Notes under the pieces: generated by a model
Database searches by the model: none
Seen by the model: only the letters and a program-made list of their open reading frames with translations
What the model was told of the DNA's origin: nothing
Made by a program: the position numbers and the translations under genes
Source of the DNA: Planctomycetales bacterium
Lineage (GTDB): Bacteria; 4484-113
Length of the DNA: 64,000 nt
Assembly (NCBI GenBank): GCA_030606285.1
Contig: JAUWGS010000004.1
Span: 9,713 to 73,712 of the forward strand
Direction of reading: 5' to 3'
Shown here: positions 45,140 through 53,355 of the stretch, in pieces
Position numbering within the stretch: position 1 is the first letter of the stretch
How the letters are laid out: the number at the start of each line of letters is the position of its first letter

Positions 45140-47482
45140 TTACGGGAACGGGCTGCTGGTTTCGCGCCAGTAATAAATGCTTCCCTCGGGCGCAGTGCCG
45201 CCCAGAAGCTCTTCCAGGTCCACCGAGTCTACCTGCACGTATGCCATCTGCGCGCCGTTGCCGGTGGGTGCTGTGCTTTGGGCAATGCCCCCCGGCGGTT
45301 CGCCCTCGAGCGGCGAAACCGACCAAGCCGCTCCCGTCGTCCAGGCGTCCCGCCATTCGGCACTGACAGTGCCGCCGGTAATCTCGAGCGGATCCAGGTT
45401 GACCTCAAGCTCGCCCTCCAGCTTCACGAATATCATCCGCGCCAGCAGCTCACCTGTCCAGACCGGATAGGTCGCCCAATCAAGGGTTATCTTCGGCGGT
45501 GGCGGGAAGGGGTTCAGTCCGGTCACGCCGCGCTGAAGCGTCATCCAATTCGGATTGCTGGTGAAATCTGTGGGCTCGGAAGCCAGAAGGTCGCCGTGAG
45601 GGATGTCATAGGTAATTATAGTTTTATAGCGCACGACTCCGGTGGCTGCAAGTAAGTACGGAGCCGAGTCCGTTCGCAGCGATACGCTCAACGGGTAGCG
45701 GTCGTTATCATAGTCGTCTGGCGGAAGCGCGTAGTCGTGGACCGTCCAGCCGCTCGTTGCGAAGTCAAAGCGCAAGTACTGGAGTGTGGAGTCGAGCGCA
45801 AGCTCTTCCGCTGTAGCTGTGCCGTGTGAAACCAGCGCGTCTACAGTTTCGCTTCCCGGGCGGCTGACAGCATCGAAGCTGAATATCGTGTCGGAGATGT
45901 CCGGGCTGGTGTCCACGCTCCAGATGCCACCGGACGCGTCCCTACTGGCGATATAGAAGTATGCCGGGACTTCGCCAATGGTAAACACCACACAGAGCCG
46001 TTCGGCTTCGCCTGACGCATCCCGCTGAACGAGGAGTTTCAGAGCTGACGGAGTTGCCTCGCAGGCCTGCTCCATATTCCAGGCGGTCAGCAGCGTGTCG
46101 GCGGTGTGCAGTTCGATGAAACCAGTGCTGGAATTCACCGCTGCAATCGCGGGCGCGCCGTCAACGAGCGCCAGGGAGCAGGCGATGTGCTCGCCCTCGC
46201 TCACCGTGCTGGTCTGCCAGCCTGCTGAGTAGCGGGCGAACATAAGCGGTCGGTCGGTCGCGCCGTTTATTGCGATGTAGGCCAGTGCCGGTGCGAAGTC
46301 CTCGTAGAGCGCGCTCGGCGGATGCTCGTCGGGATTGAACGCGGCCAGGCCTGGTGAAATGCCGTTACCGCTGGAAGCCTGTTCCGTACCGGCAGGCGGC
46401 ATACGGTAGAGAATCCCGGAGGGCGTCGCCAGAGCGCTGTCCAGCCATGCGGTGTAGTTTGACGGGTTTGCGCTGTCGCGGAACCGGCAGGCGAACTCGT
46501 ACTCCACGCCGTTCTCCAGGTCGGTCGCCATGTACTCTTGAGCGCTCGCGTTCATCGTGTGGGAATACTGCGAATCGTGGGGATCAATCAGAGGCGCGGG
46601 TTCCCACGCCAGCTCGATAACAACCGGCGGGCTTATGTCGTCCACCCATTCGCCCCAGGTGAGCATGACGCAGCCGTTGCCTGCTTCGGCGTCCAGCCCT
46701 TCAATGCCGCTCACGTAGTACGGCGGCTCGGTGTCAGATACGGTGCTCAAGTCAAACGGATCAGTTTCGTACATAGCGCCGTCGGTTTCGCCGTCCGTTG
46801 CCGCGATGCGCAGCGCCGCGAAGCCCTCAAAGCCCGCTGGCGGCTCGAATGTAAACTCGTATCGCTGAACCTCGCCTTCGGCTCTGCTGCCCTCAAATGG
46901 CACGCTGGCGACAGCCTCGGGGCTTCCCGCAGGCTTGAGAAAATCCGCAGGCCAGGTCATCTCCGTTTCGCCTGTCGCCTGCAGTCCCAGATAGATTCTG
47001 TAGCCGTCGCACGTCTGGCCGTAATGCATCGCGATAGGCGTGATGTCGGAGATACCGACTTTCCCGCTGTCATCGCCGTCAACGACCGCCAGGTACTCGT
47101 TATCCCCGTCCGGAACCGGCATGCCGTCGGCGTACTGTACGCTTTCGCCGTAGTGCACTGCAATAGGCGTGATATCCGCGATGGACACGGTGCCGCCCAG
47201 GTCGTAGTCGCCCCGCGCGCGCCCGCGCCAGGTGACCGTTACATCTGAAACGCCTACTGCGACCTGGACGTTCCACGGCAGGTTATCATCGCCTGTGGGG
47301 GGAGTGGCGACAGATCTAAAAGCGGCATCCTCGGTCACTATGTAGTCAGCGCTGCCGGCAGGGCGCTGAATCGTCGGGACGGAGCTGTTTTTGCTGCACC
47401 CCAGCGTCGCGAGCGTTATGGCGAATGCTATGAATAGGGCTATGCAGAGCCAAACAAGTTGGCGGATAGATTTGCCGCGCAT
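45140..47482 (-). CDS. 780-aa lipoprotein (paralog d): dockerin-like double F-hand plus C-terminal propeller-like region
   Basis: ATG 47482 and lipobox LATLGC. ATPPTGDDN. F-hands DYDLGGTVSIADITPIAVHYG and DGDDSGKVGISDITPIAMHYG. It sits 24 nt upstream of paralog c. Confidence 0.75.
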   Translation of the reverse strand: MRGKSIRQLVWLCIALFIAFAITLATLGCSKNSSVPTIQRPAGSADYIVTEDAAFRSVATPPTGDDNLPWNVQVAVGVSDVTVTWRGRARGDYDLGGTVSIADITPIAVHYGESVQYADGMPVPDGDNEYLAVVDGDDSGKVGISDITPIAMHYGQTCDGYRIYLGLQATGETEMTWPADFLKPAGSPEAVASVPFEGSRAEGEVQRYEFTFEPPAGFEGFAALRIAATDGETDGAMYETDPFDLSTVSDTEPPYYVSGIEGLDAEAGNGCVMLTWGEWVDDISPPVVIELAWEPAPLIDPHDSQYSHTMNASAQEYMATDLENGVEYEFACRFRDSANPSNYTAWLDSALATPSGILYRMPPAGTEQASSGNGISPGLAAFNPDEHPPSALYEDFAPALAYIAINGATDRPLMFARYSAGWQTSTVSEGEHIACSLALVDGAPAIAAVNSSTGFIELHTADTLLTAWNMEQACEATPSALKLLVQRDASGEAERLCVVFTIGEVPAYFYIASRDASGGIWSVDTSPDISDTIFSFDAVSRPGSETVDALVSHGTATAEELALDSTLQYLRFDFATSGWTVHDYALPPDDYDNDRYPLSVSLRTDSAPYLLAATGVVRYKTIITYDIPHGDLLASEPTDFTSNPNWMTLQRGVTGLNPFPPPPKITLDWATYPVWTGELLARMIFVKLEGELEVNLDPLEITGGTVSAEWRDAWTTGAAWSVSPLEGEPPGGIAQSTAPTGNGAQMAYVQVDSVDLEELLGGTAPEGSIYYWRETSSPFP

Positions 47483-47571
47483 GTTCACTTTTCCCCGATG
47501 GCTTGTGCCGTTTAGATTATACGGCATTGCAGGACACTGCGCAGCGCAGCATTAGTGTGTCGAAACCGCAA

Positions 47572-47580
47572 TGATAGAAT
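47572..47580 (+). promoter_or_regulatory. extended -10 box TGATAGAAT, 11 nt upstream of ATG 47592
   Basis: Sequence match only. It lies within the longest ORF (47571-), which argues for the 47592 start. Confidence 0.35.
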
Positions 47581-47591
47581 GCTTATTCACT

Positions 47592-48416
47592 ATGACATAC
47601 GCCGCAGGGAATCCGTCGAGCACCAATCGCCCGCTTGCGCTCATAACCGGAGCGACGAGCGGCATTGGCGCGGCGTTCGCCCGCCGGCTGGCGGCTGACG
47701 GGCACGACCTGGTGCTGCATGGGCGCAGGAAAGAGCGGCTTGATGCGTTTGCGGAAGAGTTGCGGAGCGCGCACGGCGTATCCGTTGAAGTGCTGATAGC
47801 GGATCTGGCGGAAGAAGTGGGGATTCAGGCGGTGGAGGAGCGGTTAAAGCGCGCGCAGAATCTGGAACTGCTGGTGAACAACGCGGGATTCGGGATTCAC
47901 GGGTTGTTTCACGAAACCGGCGTGCAGGACTTAGAAGAGATGATAACCGTTCACGTGCGTGCCAGCGTGCGCCTGGCGCGTACGGCACTTCCCGCGATGC
48001 TTGCACGCAGTCGCGGCGCAGTCATTAACGTGTCTTCCGTGGCAGCGTTCATACCCTCAGCGGGCAGCGTCAACTACGGCGCGGTGAAAGCTTATCTGAA
48101 AGCCTTCTCCGAGGGACTGCATATGGAGCTTAGAGGCACAGGCGTTCGCGTGCAGGCGCTCTGCCCGGGTTTCACCCGCACCGAGTTCCACGGCAGGCGC
48201 GGGATTGACACTTCGCGGATTCCTGACGGACTCTGGATGTCGGCGGAAAGTGTGGTTGACGAATCACTGAATTGCCTGAAGCGGGGCAGAGTCATTTGCA
48301 TTCCGGGAAGGAAGTACCGGTTCTTTGTGTGGCTGGCCAAATGGCTTCCGCAGTCCTGGTTCCGCAAGCTGCGATCCGCGAGGATGAAGAGAACCAAAGG
48401 GCAGAGCCAGGATTAG
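47592..48416 (+). CDS. short-chain dehydrogenase/reductase (classical SDR)
   Basis: TGATSGIGAAFARRLA, NNAG and YGAVKAY (YxxxK) motifs. Confidence 0.85.
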   Translation: MTYAAGNPSSTNRPLALITGATSGIGAAFARRLAADGHDLVLHGRRKERLDAFAEELRSAHGVSVEVLIADLAEEVGIQAVEERLKRAQNLELLVNNAGFGIHGLFHETGVQDLEEMITVHVRASVRLARTALPAMLARSRGAVINVSSVAAFIPSAGSVNYGAVKAYLKAFSEGLHMELRGTGVRVQALCPGFTRTEFHGRRGIDTSRIPDGLWMSAESVVDESLNCLKRGRVICIPGRKYRFFVWLAKWLPQSWFRKLRSARMKRTKGQSQD

Positions 48417-48449
48417 AGCTTGACGAAAGAGAATGCTCTAATGCCGTCC

Positions 48450-49930
48450 CGCGCGTGGTAGGGGCAACCAAGTTCTTCTCTTGTAGGGGCACGGCACGCC
48501 GTGCCCTCTGTAGGGCGGGGACCTTTACCCGCCACGCCGCAGGTGCCGGAGGGTGTGCCCCGCCATCTTCACAACGCGAAATCAGGGGACGGCGGCCATA
48601 AATGACCGCCCTACAGGTAAAATCCAAAATTCCCCCCGAATCAGTGTCCGCTTTTTGCCAGAAAGTGCTATAATAGTAAGTGGAGGGTAGGAATCAGCCC
48701 TTTCAAGTATGTGTGATGGTTCAGAAATGCGAGAATCCCCTGTAGGGCGGGGGTTTACCCCCGCCGCCTCTTCAGATAATGAAATCCCGGCGGCCATAAA
48801 TGACCGCCCTACAGAATCTTCTCGCTACTCGCTACCCGCTACTCGCTGCTCAGCATCCTTTGATGCTGAAAAACTCCACGCGCAACTCGCAGACCTGCTC
48901 CAAATCTACTTAAAACGCGCATCCGATCCCGACGCGGTGGCAAAATGCTCCGCCAAAGACGCAATCGCGTGCGCCAAGACGCTTACGGGAATGATGTCGG
49001 ACTTCCAGTCCGGCAAACTAAAGAGCCGGAGTGGTGACCTCCAGGTCGCCACACCTTTAATCTCGCGGCCTGGAGACCGCGCGTCCGCCATTACTGGTGG
49101 CGCGGGCGCTTGCCCGCCACGCCGAAGGTACCGGAGGGTCCCGCCCGTGATTCCGCCACGGCGCGGTACAAGTTTACCCGCCACGCCGAAGGTGCCGGAG
49201 GGTCCCCGCCCTACAGGCCATCCTCTAACCCCTAGTCCCCAACCCCCTGTTTCCATCCTCGCCGACGCGCTCTCCGTCGTCCTCGCGTCCACCGAAGAAT
49301 CCCCCATCCCCGAACCCTATAAACGCCTCATCGCCCGCATCCAGAAACTCTGCATCGAGACCCAGAAGCGATTGGACGCGTCGCAAAACAACGATTCCCC
49401 TGTAGGGGTTTACCCGCCTGGGCGGGCACGGCACGCCGTGCCCTCCGATGATGGTGACGGTGAAGATTCGGTAGTCCAGCCCCGCCCGGGCGGGCAAGCC
49501 TTTAGGGCTGGCTCTTCGGATGACAAGACCAGGGCTAAAGCCCTGGACTACCGGGATAGGCGCCAAAGAAGCCGGGCTAGTGAGTCGCCGACGCGCCAAG
49601 GAACTCCGCCGAAGCGGCTACGTCCCTCTCGCGAAGGCGGAAGCGGCTATGGCGACGGCGCGCCCGGCCTACCCAATATGGATGCGAAGCGTCGGGGTAC
49701 GAGTCCCCGCCCTACAGAAGAATCCCCCGTAACCTCACCAACCCCTAACCCCTCACCCCTAACCTCTGGCAGCGCGCCCCCCAAGGCGCCCAAAAAACGC
49801 CGCCGCACTCTGTACACCCTCGGCGCCTCTCTCCGGTCCAACAACCAAAACTCGCCCGCCATAGCTTCAGCGAAGGCGGGACTAGAAACCAACAACCGCG
49901 CGGGCCGCGTGCGCGCTCGCAGCCCATAAG
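48450..49930. repeat. cluster of GC-rich hairpin / MITE- or REP-like repeat units bounded by CTGTAGGG...CCCTACAG
   Basis: An identical 26-mer GGCGGCCATAAATGACCGCCCTACAG at 48591-48616 and 48789-48814. Three copies of (T)TACCCGCCACGCCG(C/A)AGGT(G/A)CCGGAGGGT (48524-, 49108-, 49171-). The 9-bp-stem hairpin GGGCACGGC-AC-GCCGTGCCC at 48487-48506 and 49424-49443. GGCGGGGG-TTTA-CCCCCGCC at about 48747-48766. CCAGGGCT-AA-AGCCCTGG at about 49530-49547. Confidence 0.8.
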
Positions 49931-50186
49931 TGCAGCGCCGCTTCAACCGAGCGGCATCCGCGCTAGCGATACGAGTTGCGGCTGGGACTTGTGCTCGATG
50001 GCGCTGGCGAGAGTCAGGTCGCTTACGTTCACCGTTAGTCCGCCCATCTGGTCTTCGACCCGGCCGGTGACGACGAACGGCTCCGGGCGTGTGGCGCCGA
50101 GCAGATTGCGCAGGCTTGCAGCCGGATTAGACACCACCGCGATTGTATCAGGCGTGCTTGGCCGTGCAAAGCCGCGCGATATCCGA

Positions 50187-50192
50187 TATTAT
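50187..50192 (+). promoter_or_regulatory. TATTAT box 9 nt upstream of the rtcB ATG (leaderless-type)
   Basis: TATTAT at 50187-50192 and ATG at 50202. Confidence 0.4.
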
Positions 50193-50201
50193 GTAAGCAG
50201 T

Positions 50202-51650
50202 ATGAGCCTGGAAGGGGTCAACAGGTCCGCCGAGCGCTTCGTCACCACGCTTGCCCGCGAGGGCGGGATGAAGCTTGCGCCGCGCATCTTCAGCCATCCG
50301 CGCATCCCGCTGGAAAAGGACGCGGTGCGCCAGCTTCGGGATGCGGCGCAGCTTCCCGGCGTGCTGGACGTGGTCGGAATGCCCGACATCCACGTGGGTT
50401 ACGGTGTGCCCATCGGCTGCGTAATCGCGGCGCTGGATATCGTCTGCCCCGCCGCAGTGGGTTACGACGTGAACTGCGGAATGCGCCTGCTAACCTCCCC
50501 GCTGAGAGCTGGAGAAGTGAACCCCAAACGGGTTGCCGACGAAATCGCCAAGCGCATTCCGCTGGGCGAGGGCAAGAACAACTACGCGCTGGATAAGAAG
50601 TCCTTCCGGCGGCTGGTCAATAAAGGCGTGCCCGGCCTGGCGGATGTGGACATCCCGCAACTGGCAAAGGATCTGCGCCATGACTGGGAGCTGGTCTCGG
50701 AGATCGATAACATTGAGGATCGCGGATCCCTGCCCGCGAACGCCAACGCCTGCTCGGACGGCGCATTGAAACGCGGACGCACGCAACTCGCGACTCTCGG
50801 CGGCGGCAACCACTTCATCGAATTGCAGGCCGTTGACCGTATCGAGGATGAAGCCGTCGCTCGCGAGTTCGGGCTGTTCAAGGGGCAGTTCGTGATAATG
50901 CTGCACAGCGGCAGTCGCGGCATAGGCCATCAAGTCGGCGACGACTATATGGCGCTGGGACGCCAGATTGCGGACAAGGACCGGCGCGAGATGGTGAACC
51001 GCGAGCTGCCGTACTTCCGGCTTTCGGAAAAGCACGCCGACGATTACCTTGGCGCGATGAACGCCGCCGCAAACTTCGCGTTTATCAACCGCCACCTGAT
51101 GGCGCTGCTGGTGAAGGACGCCTTCCTGACGAGCTATCCCGGCGTGCGGCTGAAACTTCTGTGGGATCTCGCGCACAACATCGCCAAGTTCGAGGAGCAT
51201 CTGGGCAACCGCATACTGGTGCATCGCAAGGGCGCGGCGCGCGCTTTCGGGCCCGAGCGTATGAAAGGCACGCGGTTTGCGCACACCGGCCAGCCGGTGC
51301 TCGTTCCCGGCAGCATGGGCACTGCGAGCTATGTGATGATCGGCACTGAAAAAAACGCCGACACGTACGCGTCCATCAACCACGGCGCAGGGCGCGTGAT
51401 GAGCCGCATCGCTGCCAGCGGGCGCAGCCGGCGGGGCAGGGACCTCCGCGGTCGCAGAGCAGCTATCAGCGACGAGGATTTTGCGCGCGCGATGGAAGGC
51501 ATCTACCTCATTTCGGAAAATATCCGCACGGTGAAGGAAGAAGCGCCGCAGGCCTACAAGGACATTGACCTCATCACCGAAGCCGTCGTCGGCGCCGGTT
51601 TAGCGCGCACCGTGGCGCGGCTGAAGCCCCTGGCTGTGCTGAAAGGATAA
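50202..51650 (+). CDS. rtcB: RNA-splicing ligase RtcB (3'-phosphate/5'-hydroxyl RNA ligase)
   Basis: GMPDIHVGYGVPIG, GGGNHFIELQ and HSGSRGIGHQ motifs. The start was moved from the ORF-track 49989 to ATG 50202; ATG 50268 is also possible. Confidence 0.9.
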   Translation: MSLEGVNRSAERFVTTLAREGGMKLAPRIFSHPRIPLEKDAVRQLRDAAQLPGVLDVVGMPDIHVGYGVPIGCVIAALDIVCPAAVGYDVNCGMRLLTSPLRAGEVNPKRVADEIAKRIPLGEGKNNYALDKKSFRRLVNKGVPGLADVDIPQLAKDLRHDWELVSEIDNIEDRGSLPANANACSDGALKRGRTQLATLGGGNHFIELQAVDRIEDEAVAREFGLFKGQFVIMLHSGSRGIGHQVGDDYMALGRQIADKDRREMVNRELPYFRLSEKHADDYLGAMNAAANFAFINRHLMALLVKDAFLTSYPGVRLKLLWDLAHNIAKFEEHLGNRILVHRKGAARAFGPERMKGTRFAHTGQPVLVPGSMGTASYVMIGTEKNADTYASINHGAGRVMSRIAASGRSRRGRDLRGRRAAISDEDFARAMEGIYLISENIRTVKEEAPQAYKDIDLITEAVVGAGLARTVARLKPLAVLKG

Positions 51651-51674
51651 GCGAGACAAGAGCGTGCTTGCGGC

Positions 51675-51683
51675 TGCTATAAT
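51675..51683 (+). promoter_or_regulatory. extended -10 box TGCTATAAT 9 nt upstream of ATG 51693 (leaderless-type)
   Basis: Direct sequence reading. Confidence 0.45.
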
Positions 51684-51692
51684 CCCCGAGCT

Positions 51693-52640
51693 ATGCTCGT
51701 GCTTGCCGAAAAGCCCGAAAAGCTCATTGACGCGGTCATTGATGACGCGGGACTAAAACAGTTGGCGCGCAACACGTGGAAGCTGCCCTGGATGGAGCGG
51801 TACGAGAGCGACAGGAAGCTAAGACGGAAGATCAAGGACTACATCAGGGCTGACACGAGAATTTTCACCAACGAAGGAAGCACCAAGCGAATTATCGCTG
51901 TGCAAACGGGTGCGGATTTTTTCATCTATGCGCGCAGCGACAGTGCATACAGGCACACGATGAAAGACCTCTACGCGCCGTGCGTCGAGCCCGGCATTCG
52001 TTTCCCCGACAGGGGCATGCACAGGTACTGGGATAAGTGGAACAAAGGGCGGCCGTACATCTTCGTGCACGGGCCGTTCGGCGCGTGGAAGCGTGGGCTG
52101 GAAGCAGGATTCAAAGCCTGGTGGCCCCGGCGGTATCCCGAAGAGAAGAAGCGGCGCAAGATGCGGCGCGGCGATGCGCGGACGTGGTACGTGACGGGCA
52201 AGCCAAGGTTCGGCAGGCGTGTCAAGCACAAATGCCGTGCTATCGAGGGCAGCGACGAGTTTTTGCCGCTCATCGTCCAGGGCGTGGAGTACGGCCGGGA
52301 GGCGAAGGACTACCTGCGCGATTGCCTGCTGCTGGGGCCGAGCTTCGTCTGCGAGGTGAAGGGCGAGCCGGTCTGCTGGGCGGGTACGCACATCAACGGT
52401 ACGATGGGCATGATTTACACGCCGTCGGAGCACCGCCGCAAGGGCTATGCACTGTCGCTGGCGGCGTTTCAGATGGACTACATGCTGCGGCGCGACGGGA
52501 CGGCCGTGGCGCACGTTATACTCGGCAACAAGGTCAGCGAGAAGTTGCTGGCGGTGTTCGGCGCGAAGCACTCGCCGGGCACGATGACCTGGCGCTCCCT
52601 CGTCTGGCCCCGCTGGAAACACAAGAAGCTGAAGGAGTAG
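51693..52640 (+). CDS. hypothetical protein with a C-terminal GNAT (FR47-like) acetyltransferase-type domain
   Basis: The C-terminal GMIYTPSEHRRKGYALSLAAFQMDYML fits the GNAT acetyl-CoA-binding region. The N-terminal ~200 aa are unrecognised. Confidence 0.6.
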   Translation: MLVLAEKPEKLIDAVIDDAGLKQLARNTWKLPWMERYESDRKLRRKIKDYIRADTRIFTNEGSTKRIIAVQTGADFFIYARSDSAYRHTMKDLYAPCVEPGIRFPDRGMHRYWDKWNKGRPYIFVHGPFGAWKRGLEAGFKAWWPRRYPEEKKRRKMRRGDARTWYVTGKPRFGRRVKHKCRAIEGSDEFLPLIVQGVEYGREAKDYLRDCLLLGPSFVCEVKGEPVCWAGTHINGTMGMIYTPSEHRRKGYALSLAAFQMDYMLRRDGTAVAHVILGNKVSEKLLAVFGAKHSPGTMTWRSLVWPRWKHKKLKE

Positions 52641-52705
52641 GGGGACAGCGAGATTTAGGCGTTCTCGCAGGGAATCGGGTAGAATACTAGTGGAGATATC
52701 GCACG

Positions 52706-52945
52706 ATGGCCAATGATGAATATAAAGGAATGATAGTCTCCGACCCGTCGGTGATGATGGGTAAGCCGGTTGTCGCAGGAACGCGCATAACCGTTGAGGA
52801 AATACTGGAGAAGCTGGCGGCCGGAGAGACCTTCGAGCAGATACTCGCAGCGCATCCGAGGCTGACCCAAGAAGCGATCCGGGCCGCGCTGTCGTTTGCC
52901 GCCGATGCACTGAAAGCTGACGTAGTCTACCCGCACGCAGGTTAG
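52706..52945 (+). CDS. DUF433-family protein (antitoxin-like partner of a PIN-like/DUF5615 protein)
   Basis: DPSVMMGKPVVAGTRITVEEILEKLAAGET matches the DUF433 core G.P.I.GTRI.V. The ORF is 79 aa. Confidence 0.75.
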   Translation: MANDEYKGMIVSDPSVMMGKPVVAGTRITVEEILEKLAAGETFEQILAAHPRLTQEAIRAALSFAADALKADVVYPHAG

Positions 52946-52950
52946 CGGCA

Positions 52951-53310
52951 GTGAAGTTCGTTGCCGACGAGAATGTAGATACAGGTATAGTCGACTCACT
53001 TCGTGTTTCAGGGCACGATGTTCTCTATATACCTGAGTTCGCAAAAGCGCTCTCTGACGATGAAGTGTTAACTCTCGCTCGAAGTGAGCGCGCTGTGCTA
53101 ATTACTGCTGATAAGGACTTCGGTGAGTTGGTCTTTCGGCGCCGGTCTTGCGCGCACCGTGGCGCGGCTGAGACCGTTGGCTGTGCTGAAGGGGTAGGGG
53201 CCTCCGACCTCGCCGGGCACGATGACCTGGCGCTCCCTCATCTGGCCCCGCTGGAAGCGCAAGAAGCTGAAGGGGTAGGGGCTTGGGCGCTACAGGCTTC
53301 GGCAATTTGA
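52951..53310 (+). pseudogene. truncated/chimeric DUF5615 (PIN-like, Mut7-C-type) toxin gene
   Basis: The first ~62 aa (MKFVADENVDTGIVDSLRVSGHDVLYIPEF...LITADKDFGELVFRR) are typical. From about 53138 the ORF runs out-of-frame through remnants of rtcB and GNAT 3' ends. Confidence 0.7.
53138..53281 (+). repeat. diverged remnants of a second rtcB 3' end (53138-53197) and GNAT-gene 3' end (53209-53281)
   Basis: Hand alignment gives 51/60 nt identical to 51591-51650 and 69/73 nt identical to 52571-52643. In the original frames they still read GAGLARTVARLRPLAVLKG* and SPGTMTWRSLIWPRWKRKKLKG*. The 17-mer GCTGAAGGGGTAGGGGC occurs at both remnant ends. Confidence 0.85.
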
Positions 53311-53355
53311 CTGCCATATGAATAGGCGCCGGCTCCATCGAGTTTAGCTTACTTC

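Noticed and set aside
49735-49765. Telomere-like CCCCTAA/CCCCTCA heptamer run (AACCCCTAACCCCTCACCCCTAACC).
   Set aside because: There are only about 3 imperfect units, inside the repeat cluster and in the middle of a contig. A similar P/T-linker-like tract occurs at 49221-49248. There is no evidence of a replicon end.
48709-49929. The 406-aa ORF as a confident protein-coding gene.
   Set aside because: A large part of the frame is the translation of hairpin or MITE-like repeats (R/P/G-rich). The nearest RBS-like GGAGGG is about 20 nt from the ATG, and long open frames arise by chance in this GC-rich DNA. It is kept as a finding, not as a feature.
48420-49930. Possible CRISPR array, because of the many short GC-rich repeats.
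   Set aside because: The repeats belong to several different families. They are partly inverted and nested, unevenly spaced, and not separated by unique spacers of constant length. No cas genes are in the window.
49943-50137. A 64-aa minus-strand ORF (VVSNPAASLRNLLGATRPEPFVVTGRVEDQMGGLTVNVSDLTLASAIEHK...) between the repeat cluster and rtcB.
   Set aside because: It is protein-like in composition but has a GTG start without an RBS or promoter box, and no recognisable motif. It could be a gene remnant, but the evidence is insufficient to call it.
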